Part shown: positions 28,297-37,361 of the stretch, in pieces | How the letters are laid out: the number at the start of each line of letters is the position of its first letter | Numbering within the stretch: position 1 is the first letter of the stretch | IMG/VR virus record: IMGVR_UViG_3300020204_000005 | DNA length: 64,000 nucleotides | From: a virus | Strand: one strand, 5' to 3' | Made by a program: the position numbers and the translations under genes | Notes under the pieces: model-generated | Seen by the model: the letters and a program-made list of their open reading frames with translations, nothing else | The model's database searches: none | Told to the model about the DNA's origin: nothing

Positions 28297-28325
28297 TTGA
28301 CAAAACCACGGCTGACACTTATACT
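28297..28325 (+). promoter_or_regulatory. Sigma70-type early/middle promoter upstream of the SSB gene
   Basis: TTGACA (28297-28302), a 17-nt spacer, then TATACT (28320-28325). Confidence 0.75.
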
Positions 28326-28356
28326 TGTAATAAATAATAAATAAATATAATCAATT

Positions 28357-29214
28357 ATGGCGACAAACAGTTTAGACGCAGTACTTGCACAGTACGAAAA
28401 ATCACAACAAGGTAATCAATCCTCTACCTTAAAAATGTCTCAAGACGAAAGGATGAAAAAATACTTTGCGGCAATCCTCAAAGACAACGAAAAACAAGGT
28501 CAGAAAAGACTAAGAATCCTCCCAACCAATGATGGTTCATCACCCTTTAAAGAAGTTTGGTTCCACGAAATCCAAGTGGATGGTAAATGGCAAAAATTCT
28601 ATGACCCAGGAAAGAATGATAATGAACGTTCACCACTTACTGAAGTGTACGAAGAGTTAATTTCTACAGGGAAAGAGAGTGATAAGAAATTGGCAACAAC
28701 TTACAAACCTCGTAAGTTTTATATTGTTAAAGTTGTCGACCGAGATAACGAACAAGACGGTGTTAAATTTTGGAGATTTAAACACAACTACAAGAATGAA
28801 GGTATTCTTGACAAAATCATACCTATTTGGAGAGCAAAAGGAGATATCACAGATGCTGAAAAAGGTCGAGACATTATCCTTGAGTTAACTAAAGCTAAGA
28901 CTCCAACAGGAGCGGTATATACCGTAATCCAAACAGTGATGTATGATGACCCAACACCAATCCATGAGGATAAAGAAACTGCAGATTCTTGGGTTAATGA
29001 TGAGTTGACTTGGGAGGATGTTTATTCTAAAAAACCTGTAGAATATCTTGAAGCTATTGCTCGTGGTGAAACTCCTAAATGGGATAGTGAAAAAGGTGGA
29101 TATGTTTACGGGGATTCATCAGAAGCGGAAATGAGTATTGGGGGTAGTTCAGAAACTCCTAAGTATGAAGACCCACAAGCAGATGATGAAGTGGATGAAG
29201 AGTTACCATTTTAA
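28357..29214 (+). CDS. Single-stranded DNA-binding protein, T4 gp32-like
   Basis: Contains RLRILP, PFKEVWFH, RKFYI.VVDR, GVKFWRF and DITDAEKGRDIIL, and ends in an acidic tail (DDEVDEELPF). Confidence 0.85.
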   Translation: MATNSLDAVLAQYEKSQQGNQSSTLKMSQDERMKKYFAAILKDNEKQGQKRLRILPTNDGSSPFKEVWFHEIQVDGKWQKFYDPGKNDNERSPLTEVYEELISTGKESDKKLATTYKPRKFYIVKVVDRDNEQDGVKFWRFKHNYKNEGILDKIIPIWRAKGDITDAEKGRDIILELTKAKTPTGAVYTVIQTVMYDDPTPIHEDKETADSWVNDELTWEDVYSKKPVEYLEAIARGETPKWDSEKGGYVYGDSSEAEMSIGGSSETPKYEDPQADDEVDEELPF

Positions 29215-29229
29215 TTAAAATAAAATATA

Positions 29230-29265
29230 AAAGCATGGACATTACGTCCATGCTTTCTTATTTTT
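29230..29265 (+). terminator. Rho-independent terminator after the SSB gene
   Basis: AAAGCATGGAC-ATTAC-GTCCATGCTTT followed by a T-rich tract. Confidence 0.75.
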
Positions 29266-29280
29266 AAAGTAAAAATTATA

Positions 29281-29505
29281 ATGGAAAAAGAAAACAAAAT
29301 CACACAAAAAATGTATGAAGCTTTATGTAAAAAATATGAAGCCGAAGTAGCGGATTCCGAAACTTCATTACTTATCTATTTCACAAATTCAGTAGGGATT
29401 GGAGAACACCCACAACATATTGAGGAAATGGATAAATTAGTTGAGAAAATTGCAAACGCTAAAGACAAATTAGAAACAATTAAAGAATTTTATAAATACA
29501 ATTAA
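29281..29505 (+). CDS. Small helical phage hypothetical protein
   Basis: 74 aa helical hairpin with a GIGEHPQH turn. It is co-oriented in the operon. Confidence 0.6.
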   Translation: MEKENKITQKMYEALCKKYEAEVADSETSLLIYFTNSVGIGEHPQHIEEMDKLVEKIANAKDKLETIKEFYKYN

Positions 29506-29507
29506 TT

Positions 29508-30515
29508 ATGGCAATTAAGAAAAATGACTTTAGCTCTATAAAGAAAAAGTTTTCGTCTGATGCAAAATATAAACCACAGAGGTTTTTTGATTTAGGACCT
29601 GATTTTTTAGATGCCGTTGGATTACCAGGACCTGCGATAGGTCATTTGAACATGTTCTTAGGACACTCTGACACAGGTAAAACTACTGCACTTATTAAAA
29701 CTGCCCTAGATGCTCAAAAGAAAGGAATCTTACCTGTATTCATTATTACAGAACAGAAATGGTCTTTTGAACACTCAAAATTAATGGGGTTTGAATGTGA
29801 AGAAGTTGTTGATGAAGAAACAGGTGAATTAACTTGGGACGGATTTTTCCTATTCAATAATAACTTTGACTATATTGAGCAAATTACTGATTACATAAAT
29901 AGTTTATTAGATGCACAAGAAAAAGGGGAGTTAGATTACTCACTTTGTATTATGTGGGACTCTGTAGGTTCAGTACCATGTAAAATGACTTATGAAGGTA
30001 AAGGTGGTAAACAACATAATGCGAGTACTTTGGCGGATAAAATTGGAATGGGGATTAATCAACGTATTTCAGGTTCTCGTAAGGCGGATTCTAAATATGA
30101 AAACACTTTGATTATCGTTAACCAACCTTGGGTAGAATTACCCGATAATCCTTTTGGGCAACCAAAAATTAAAGCTAAAGGTGGCGAAGCGATTTGGTTA
30201 AACTCTTCTTTGGTATTTTTATTCGGTAATCAAAAAGGTGCGGGAACGACAAAAATTACCGCAACTAAAGATAAAAGAACTGTTAAATTTGCATCGAGAA
30301 CTAAAGTGTCTGTATTGAAAAACCACATCAACGGACTTGGATTTGAAGACGGTAAAATTATAGTAACACCTCATGGATTTTTACCTGGTAAAGATTCTAC
30401 AGAAGAAAAAAGTTCTATTGAACAGTATAAAAAAGAATATGCTGATTATTGGAAAGAAATTATCGGAGTCGAAGGAGATTTTGATTTGAAAACAGAAAAA
30501 GAAGAAGTTGAGTAA
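29508..30515 (+). CDS. recA: RecA/UvsX-like recombinase
   Basis: Walker A GHSDTGKTT, Walker B WDSVGS, and IIVNQ and GGEA motifs. Confidence 0.9.
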   Translation: MAIKKNDFSSIKKKFSSDAKYKPQRFFDLGPDFLDAVGLPGPAIGHLNMFLGHSDTGKTTALIKTALDAQKKGILPVFIITEQKWSFEHSKLMGFECEEVVDEETGELTWDGFFLFNNNFDYIEQITDYINSLLDAQEKGELDYSLCIMWDSVGSVPCKMTYEGKGGKQHNASTLADKIGMGINQRISGSRKADSKYENTLIIVNQPWVELPDNPFGQPKIKAKGGEAIWLNSSLVFLFGNQKGAGTTKITATKDKRTVKFASRTKVSVLKNHINGLGFEDGKIIVTPHGFLPGKDSTEEKSSIEQYKKEYADYWKEIIGVEGDFDLKTEKEEVE

Positions 30516-30533
30516 CAATTTAATTTAAAATTA

Positions 30534-31541
30534 ATGACTAAGACTTTATTGGTCGATGGTAATAACCTAATCAAAATAGGATTTCACGGTGTCAAAGACT
30601 ATTATCATGAAGGTAAACATATTGGAGGAATTTGGCATTTCTTAAATACATTACGCAAATTTATTGAAGAGTTTAACTACGATAAAGTAGTTGTTTTTTG
30701 GGACGGAGACGATAGCTCCGTCCATAGAAAACTCTTATATCCAAGATATAAAGAAAATAGAAATCAAGAATCTAATGAACATAAGGTAACATCTTTTAAT
30801 TACCAAAAAGATAGGGTAAAACAGTACCTTGAAGAACTATTCATTAGACAAATCAACATTGAAAATAACGAGGCGGATGATTTAATTGCGTATTACTGTA
30901 AAATTGCTCTTAATGAGAATATTACAATTTTTTCGGCTGATAGAGATTTAACACAATTAATTTGTGAAAATGTATCATTGTATTCACCTAATACAAAACA
31001 GACGTATAAACAAGGTGATAACATAAAATTACATGATATCGAAGTTCCCCACTCAAACGTAAAAACATGTAAAATATTAATGGGTGACAAATCAGATAAT
31101 ATTGATGGGATTTATTATTTGGGTGAAAAAACTTTAATTAAGTTATTCCCTGAGCTACTTGACAAACCACTATCAGTAACCGATATTTTAATAAAGGCTG
31201 AAGAGTTATTAAAAGGAGATAAAGATAACACGGTACTTAAGAATCTTTTAACAGGTAAAACAAAAACAGGAATTTACGGTAACGAATTTTTTGAAATTAA
31301 TGAGAAAATTGTCGACTTATCAACCCCACTTATTACCGATGAAGGTAAAGAAATCGTTGAATTATATTACTCAGAAACATTAGACCCTAATGGTAGAGGT
31401 CATAGGAATGTTATACGAATGATGATGGAGGATGGATTCTTTAAGTTCTTACCAAAAGGAGATAATAATTGGGTAAACTTCCTAACCCCATTTTTAAAAT
31501 TAACAAGAAAAGAAAAAAAAAAATTTAAAACAAATAAATAA
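30534..31541 (+). CDS. 5'-3' exonuclease / flap endonuclease (T4 RNase H or Pol I N-terminal type)
   Basis: Motifs LLVDGNNL, VVVFWDG, EADDLIA, SADRDLTQL and LMGDKSDNIDG. Confidence 0.92.
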   Translation: MTKTLLVDGNNLIKIGFHGVKDYYHEGKHIGGIWHFLNTLRKFIEEFNYDKVVVFWDGDDSSVHRKLLYPRYKENRNQESNEHKVTSFNYQKDRVKQYLEELFIRQINIENNEADDLIAYYCKIALNENITIFSADRDLTQLICENVSLYSPNTKQTYKQGDNIKLHDIEVPHSNVKTCKILMGDKSDNIDGIYYLGEKTLIKLFPELLDKPLSVTDILIKAEELLKGDKDNTVLKNLLTGKTKTGIYGNEFFEINEKIVDLSTPLITDEGKEIVELYYSETLDPNGRGHRNVIRMMMEDGFFKFLPKGDNNWVNFLTPFLKLTRKEKKKFKTNK

Positions 31542-31542
31542 A

Positions 31543-32001
31543 GTGAATATGAAAGACCAAGAAACAACAAAGCTAGAATTTTTGATGATGGTAAATGGTA
31601 ACATCATTGTCCAAAGATTTTTTAATGTTAGGAACTTTAATCCCCTTGCTAAAAATTCGTTAAATCTTTACGAATATCTTTCCGATTTTAAAGACGTATT
31701 GGAGAGAGAATTAAAGATTAAAACTGTCACATATATGTTGGATAATACGTATGAAATTATAAACAATCCAAACGTACTTGAAACATCAAATACTGAAGGT
31801 CCTGAAAATTTTAACATTTTTATTAAGTCGGGTGACACGACAATTTGTCATAGACAATTTGATGCTAAAGTGTTCCCACCAAAAATAAGATACACCGTAG
31901 ATATACGTCCGCACATAAAAAGTGTACTTTCGGCTTTAACTGACATTTTTTCATCTAAAAAATTAACTTATGACTATATTGGAATTAGTCTAAAGGGGTA
32001 A
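31543..32001 (+). CDS. Hypothetical protein in the replication cassette
   Basis: 152 aa ORF tightly coupled between the exonuclease and helicase genes. No recognisable motif. Confidence 0.65.
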   Translation: MNMKDQETTKLEFLMMVNGNIIVQRFFNVRNFNPLAKNSLNLYEYLSDFKDVLERELKIKTVTYMLDNTYEIINNPNVLETSNTEGPENFNIFIKSGDTTICHRQFDAKVFPPKIRYTVDIRPHIKSVLSALTDIFSSKKLTYDYIGISLKG

Positions 32002-32029
32002 TATTTATCTAAAACAAAAGAGAAAAAAT

Positions 32030-33409
32030 ATGGCGTCGAACAAAAATTTTGATTATTTAGGAAGTACATTTCAGATTCAATTATTAAACCAAATCATTAT
32101 TGATAAAGAGTTTGCAAGGTCAATAATTGATGTAATTGAAACAAACTATTTTGAAAACAAATATTTTAAATTAATTATCCAAATGATTAAGGAGTTTTAT
32201 TTAAAATATGAGTATGTCCCTACTTTTGACACCTTAGAACAAATTACAAAATCTGAATTCCAACAAGAGATGGCGTCTAAAGTTATTTTAGACACTCTTA
32301 CTAAAATTAAAGACGCTCCACTCGAAGGAGGTGATTTTGTACAGGAAAAGGCTTTAAAATTCTGTAAACAACAAGAATTACAAAAAGCAATTTCAAGAGC
32401 ACAAAAAGTAATTGATGGAGGTGAATTTGAAAACTACGATAAGTTAGAAACTTTAGTTAGAGAAGCTTTACAGGTAGGTGAAAGAGAAGATGGTATGTCA
32501 GATATCTTTTCTAATTTAGATGACGTTTTAAATGAAGATTATAGACACCCAATCCCAATGGGAATACCAGGAATTGATAGACTACTTAAAGGAGGTTTAG
32601 CTAAAGGAGAAATAGGTGTAGTTTTAGCACCAACAGGAGTTGGTAAATCAACATTACTTACAAAAATCTCAAACCACGCATTTAATTTGGGGTACAATGT
32701 TTTACAGATATTTTTTGAGGATAACCCAAAAATTATACAAAGAAAACATTTTACACTCTGGACTAAAATCCACCCCGATGAATTATCGGTTAAGAAAGAT
32801 GAGGTTATGTCAAAGGTTAAAGAAATTAAAGAAACCATGACTAACAGATTAATTCTTAAAAAATTACCATCAGATACTGTAACCATGTTACAAATTAAAA
32901 ATCAAATCAGAAAAATGGTTGCTGATGGTGTTAAAATAGATATGGTTTTATTAGATTACATTGATTGTGTTGTTCCTGATAAAAACTTAGGTGACGAATG
33001 GAAGTCTGAAGGTTCAGTGATGAGAGCTTTTGAAGCGATGTGTCACGAAATGGATATAGTAGGATGGACTGCAACTCAAGGAAATAGAAGTTCAATATCT
33101 TCTGAAGTTGTTACAACAGACCAAATGGGTGGGTCTATAAAGAAAGCTCAAGTAGGTCACGTTATCATTTCTGTGGCTAAAACACTACAACAAAAAGAAA
33201 TGAAATTGGCCACTATGGCTATCACTAAGTCAAGAATTGGTGACGATGGTATCGTATTTGAAAATTGTAAATTTGATAATAGTATGTTAGAAATCGACAC
33301 CGAATCTTCAGTTACTTTCTTAGGGATTGAAGAACAGAAAGAAGAAAACAACCGACAAAGAATTAAAGATTTGTTGGACAAAAGAAAACAAAGAGAAGAC
33401 AAAAACTAA
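32030..33409 (+). CDS. dnaB: Replicative DNA helicase (DnaB / T4 gp41-like)
   Basis: Walker A APTGVGKST, Walker B LLDYID, and WTATQGNR and KSRIG motifs. Confidence 0.92.
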   Translation: MASNKNFDYLGSTFQIQLLNQIIIDKEFARSIIDVIETNYFENKYFKLIIQMIKEFYLKYEYVPTFDTLEQITKSEFQQEMASKVILDTLTKIKDAPLEGGDFVQEKALKFCKQQELQKAISRAQKVIDGGEFENYDKLETLVREALQVGEREDGMSDIFSNLDDVLNEDYRHPIPMGIPGIDRLLKGGLAKGEIGVVLAPTGVGKSTLLTKISNHAFNLGYNVLQIFFEDNPKIIQRKHFTLWTKIHPDELSVKKDEVMSKVKEIKETMTNRLILKKLPSDTVTMLQIKNQIRKMVADGVKIDMVLLDYIDCVVPDKNLGDEWKSEGSVMRAFEAMCHEMDIVGWTATQGNRSSISSEVVTTDQMGGSIKKAQVGHVIISVAKTLQQKEMKLATMAITKSRIGDDGIVFENCKFDNSMLEIDTESSVTFLGIEEQKEENNRQRIKDLLDKRKQREDKN

Positions 33410-33415
33410 AAAATT

Positions 33416-34366
33416 ATGAATGAAAATATATTAAGGGAAAATCCTAATAGGTTTGTTATCTTCCCAATTCAGTATAATGATATTTGGGAATATTATAAAA
33501 TGCACCAAGCGGCGTTTTGGACGGCTGAAGAAGTAGATTTAAGTGGAGACATTAGAGATTGGGAAAATTTATCTGAAAATGAACAATATTTTATTAAAAA
33601 TATTTTATCATTTTTCGCGGCTTCCGATGGTATTGTTAATGAAAACTTAGCGGAAAATTTCTATAGGGAAGTACAATATCCTGAAGCAAAATTTTTCTAT
33701 GGTATACAACTTGCAATGGAAAACATCCATTCATTAATGTATTCATTGTTAATTGATACCTACATATCAAATGAGGAAGAAAAAAACAAATGTTTTACTG
33801 CGTTAGATAACTTACCCGCAGTTCAGAAAAAGGCGAAATGGGCTCTTAATTGGATAGAGAACGCATCTTTCCAAGAAAGACTTGTAGCATTTGCCGCAGT
33901 TGAGGGTATTTTCTTTTCAGGTTCATTCTGTTCTATATTTTGGTTGAAATCGAGAGGTATTATGCAAGGATTGTGTAATGCAAATTCTTTAATATTTAAA
34001 GATGAAAATTTACATTGTGATTTTGCAATTCATTTGTTGAATAATCATTGTGAAAACAAACCATCAGAAAAAAGAATTAAAGAAATTCTACTTTCGGCTT
34101 TAGAAATTGAAAAAGAATTTATCACTGAGTCATTACCTGTATCATTAATTGGTATGAACTCAAACCTAATGAAACAATATCTTGAGTTTGTTGTTGATGG
34201 ATTATTGATTAAACTTGGTTGTAAAAAACATTTTAATGTTGAACAACCATTTAAATTCATGGAACAAATTGCCGTAGAAACTAAAGGTAATTTCTTTGAA
34301 TCGAGAACCGTTGAATATCAGAAAGCGAAATTGAATGAGACAATTTCATTTACTGATGATTTTTAA
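33416..34366 (+). CDS. nrdB: Ribonucleotide reductase class Ia beta subunit
   Basis: [32 protein letters not shown] (radical Tyr), [10 protein letters not shown] and DENLH. Confidence 0.96.
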   Translation: MNENILRENPNRFVIFPIQYNDIWEYYKMHQAAFWTAEEVDLSGDIRDWENLSENEQYFIKNILSFFAASDGIVNENLAENFYREVQYPEAKFFYGIQLAMENIHSLMYSLLIDTYISNEEEKNKCFTALDNLPAVQKKAKWALNWIENASFQERLVAFAAVEGIFFSGSFCSIFWLKSRGIMQGLCNANSLIFKDENLHCDFAIHLLNNHCENKPSEKRIKEILLSALEIEKEFITESLPVSLIGMNSNLMKQYLEFVVDGLLIKLGCKKHFNVEQPFKFMEQIAVETKGNFFESRTVEYQKAKLNETISFTDDF

Positions 34367-34385
34367 TTAATTATTTTTTTAGATT

Positions 34386-36812
34386 ATGATGTCACTTAGA
34401 ATTAAAAAAAGAAGTGGGGATGATGCGTCATTTAACCCACAAAAAATCTATAACAGAATTAAACGAGCTTCAAAAGGGTTGAACGTTAATTCGGATGAGA
34501 TTTTTATTAAAGTAATTACTTCAGTACCAACTGAAGGTTTAATTACCACTAAAGAATTAGATAAACTTATTTATGAGATTGCAGCGGCTTTTACAGGAAG
34601 TCACCATGATTATTCAAGATTAGCATCTTCAGTTGCGATTTCCTCATACCATAAAGAGACTAACCCAAGTTTTTATGAAACAATGACACTATTACATTCA
34701 GAAGGAATTATAAATGGTGATTTTATGGATACAATGGTTCTTTATGGTAAAGAATCTATTGATGAGGTTATAAATCATGATAATGATTATAACTTTGATT
34801 ACTTTGCTTGGAGGTCTTTACAAGAAATGTATTTACTTAAATTGTCAAATGGTAAAGTAGTTGAAAGACCACAACACATGTATATGAGAGTTGCTATTTG
34901 GGTTACAAAATCGTTTGAACAAGCTCTTGAATATTATAAATCATTATCAAACCAATTGATTTCACCTGCAACACCTATCATGATTAATGCTGGAACAAAA
35001 GTACCTCAGTTAGCGTCTTGTGTTTTACATTATAATAATTCTGATTCTCGTAATGGTTTATTACATACATTAAACGACATCTCAACATATTCATCAAACG
35101 CTGCAGGAATCGGATTATCAATGTCAAATATTAGAAGTAAAGAAAGTAGAATTTCTTCTTCAGGTGGATTTGCGGGAGGGTTATTAAAGTATTTAAAAAT
35201 TGTAAATGAATCTCTTAGATTCTTTAATCAACAAGGACGTAGACCTGGTAGTGCCGCCATCTATTTAGAACCTTGGCACAAAGACATTTTTGACTTGTTA
35301 GATATGAAGAAAAACACAGGTGCGGAGGAATTAAGGGCTCGTGATTTATTCACTGCATTATGGATTCCTGATAATTTCATGAGAGCGGTTAAATCAAATG
35401 GTGATTGGTATTTGTTCTGTCCTAATGATATTAAAAGAGCTGGTTTGAAACCATTACAAGAATGTTATGGTGAAGAATACGAGGAAGTGTATTTACAAGC
35501 GGTTAAATTAGAATTAGGTAAAAAAGTAAAAGCACAAGATATATGGACTAAAATAATTGAATCACAAGTTGAGACAGGTGTTCCATATCTTTGTTCTAAA
35601 GACAATGCAAATAGAAAAACTAACCATCAAAATATTGGTGTTATTAAACAATCAAATCTTTGTAATGAAATATATCAATATACCGATGAGGGTACTACTG
35701 CGATTTGTACTCTTTCATCTATGGTATTGAAGAACTTTATTATAGATGGTAAATTTGATTTTAATTTACTTTATAGTGAAGTTAGAAAAGTGGTAAGAGC
35801 GTTAAATAAGGTTGTCGACATCAACAATTATTCAACAGAAAAAGGACGTAAAGGAGGGTTGAAACAGAGAGCAATTGCAATTGGAACTCAAGGACTTGCT
35901 GACGTATTTTATTTAATGGATTACATTTTTACTTCGGAAGAGGCTCGTAAACTTAACAAAAATATATTTGAAACAATTTACTTCGCGTCTATAACAGAAA
36001 GTATGGAATTGTGTAAATCGGGAGAATATAAACCATACGCACATTTTGAAGGTTCACCTATGTCCAACGGAATCTTTCAATTCGACATGTGGGGATTAAA
36101 TGATAGTAATTTATTTTGGGATTGGGAAAAATTAAAAGAGGATGTTAAAGAATATGGTGTTTGTAATTCATTATTTACCGCTCAAATGCCTGTTGCGTCT
36201 TCGGCTAAAATAACAGGTTCTTTTGAAATGACGGAACCCGCTCACTCGGCTTTATTTAATAGGAGAGTTGTTGGAGGTGAGATTATGATTGTGAACAAAT
36301 ATTTAATTAGTGATTTTGAAAAAATTGGCATTTGGTGTGAGGATTTGAAAAACGAAATCATTCTTAATGAAGGGTCAATCCAAAACGTTAATTTCAATAA
36401 TTATATTGATTTGGAAGACAAACGATACAACTTTAAAGTTAAACGTGTGGAACACCTCATTCAAAAATATAAAACAATTTGGGAAATATCACAAAGAGAG
36501 TTAATTGATATGGCGGCTGATAGAGCACCATTTATAGACCAATCACAATCTATGAACATCTATATGGCGAACCCAACATTGTCTAAAATAACATCATCGC
36601 ATTTCCATTCTTGGGAGAAAGGGTTAAAGACACTTTGTTATTATGTAAGAACAAAAGCAATATCAACAGGAGCAAAACACTTGGCTATTGATACCTCAAA
36701 AGTTGAAAAACCTAAAACAATTACTGAAAAACCTAAAGTTGATTTCAACTCGGTAAACTTACCACCAAAACCCGAGAATTCAGATTTTGAATGTTTTGGA
36801 TGTTCATCATAA
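34386..36812 (+). CDS. nrdA: Ribonucleotide reductase class Ia alpha subunit with ATP cone
   Basis: N-terminal ATP cone (IKKRSG...F...KI..RI), ISPATP, ASCVL, SNLCNEI, QMPVASS, CYYVRT and a C-terminal CFGCSS. Confidence 0.96.
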   Translation: MMSLRIKKRSGDDASFNPQKIYNRIKRASKGLNVNSDEIFIKVITSVPTEGLITTKELDKLIYEIAAAFTGSHHDYSRLASSVAISSYHKETNPSFYETMTLLHSEGIINGDFMDTMVLYGKESIDEVINHDNDYNFDYFAWRSLQEMYLLKLSNGKVVERPQHMYMRVAIWVTKSFEQALEYYKSLSNQLISPATPIMINAGTKVPQLASCVLHYNNSDSRNGLLHTLNDISTYSSNAAGIGLSMSNIRSKESRISSSGGFAGGLLKYLKIVNESLRFFNQQGRRPGSAAIYLEPWHKDIFDLLDMKKNTGAEELRARDLFTALWIPDNFMRAVKSNGDWYLFCPNDIKRAGLKPLQECYGEEYEEVYLQAVKLELGKKVKAQDIWTKIIESQVETGVPYLCSKDNANRKTNHQNIGVIKQSNLCNEIYQYTDEGTTAICTLSSMVLKNFIIDGKFDFNLLYSEVRKVVRALNKVVDINNYSTEKGRKGGLKQRAIAIGTQGLADVFYLMDYIFTSEEARKLNKNIFETIYFASITESMELCKSGEYKPYAHFEGSPMSNGIFQFDMWGLNDSNLFWDWEKLKEDVKEYGVCNSLFTAQMPVASSAKITGSFEMTEPAHSALFNRRVVGGEIMIVNKYLISDFEKIGIWCEDLKNEIILNEGSIQNVNFNNYIDLEDKRYNFKVKRVEHLIQKYKTIWEISQRELIDMAADRAPFIDQSQSMNIYMANPTLSKITSSHFHSWEKGLKTLCYYVRTKAISTGAKHLAIDTSKVEKPKTITEKPKVDFNSVNLPPKPENSDFECFGCSS

Positions 36813-36821
36813 AATTAAGAT

Positions 36822-36853
36822 AAATCACGACTAATGTCGTGATTTTTTATTTT
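36822..36853 (+). terminator. Rho-independent terminator after nrdA
   Basis: AAATCACGAC-TAAT-GTCGTGATTT followed by TTTATTTT. Confidence 0.8.
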
Positions 36854-36896
36854 AACTCTATTTATTAGAAAAATCAGAAGACTATATTTATTAGAT

Positions 36897-37355
36897 ATGG
36901 CAGAAGGTAGAACATATGGTATTAATTTTCCTTTTAGAGATTCGGCTAAAGGTACTTATTTAGCTTTATCAGAAGAAAGTGATGAAGAGATTAGAAGTAG
37001 TTTAATTCATTTACTTTTAACAAGAAAAGGTACGAGATATTATTTACCTGATTTTGGAACTCGTTTATATGAATTCATATTTGAACCCATGGATGGGCCA
37101 ACTTTTTCAGATATTGAGGCAGAAATAAGAGAATCTGTTACGGAATATATACCAAATATTACAATAACCAATATAAGTATTACTGACGCTTCCTTAGAGG
37201 AAGAAAATAAAGGAACTTTCATTAATGCAAACGGAGATAGAGAATTTGTGGTCCCTGGCATTGGTGAGAAAGAACATACCGCTAAAATTAAAATTGATTA
37301 TACCATCACGGCATCGGCATTTAATCCGAGTGATTTTGTAATTATTAATATATAA
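36897..37355 (+). CDS. Baseplate wedge / sheath initiator (gp25-like)
   Basis: GINFPF, IRSSLIHLLLTRKGTRYYLPDFGTRLYEFIFEP. Confidence 0.92.
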   Translation: MAEGRTYGINFPFRDSAKGTYLALSEESDEEIRSSLIHLLLTRKGTRYYLPDFGTRLYEFIFEPMDGPTFSDIEAEIRESVTEYIPNITITNISITDASLEEENKGTFINANGDREFVVPGIGEKEHTAKIKIDYTITASAFNPSDFVIINI

Positions 37356-37361
37356 TATATC

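Noticed and set aside
29508-36812. Inteins or group I introns in RecA, helicase, NrdA or NrdB
   Set aside because: All have normal lengths and continuous motifs, with no splice-junction or LAGLIDADG signatures.
33416-36812. Eukaryote-like RNR subunits (C-terminal CxxC tail) suggesting a giant eukaryotic virus
   Set aside because: The sheath, tube, baseplate and neck genes define a tailed myovirus, and this RNR type also occurs in Bacteroidota and their phages.
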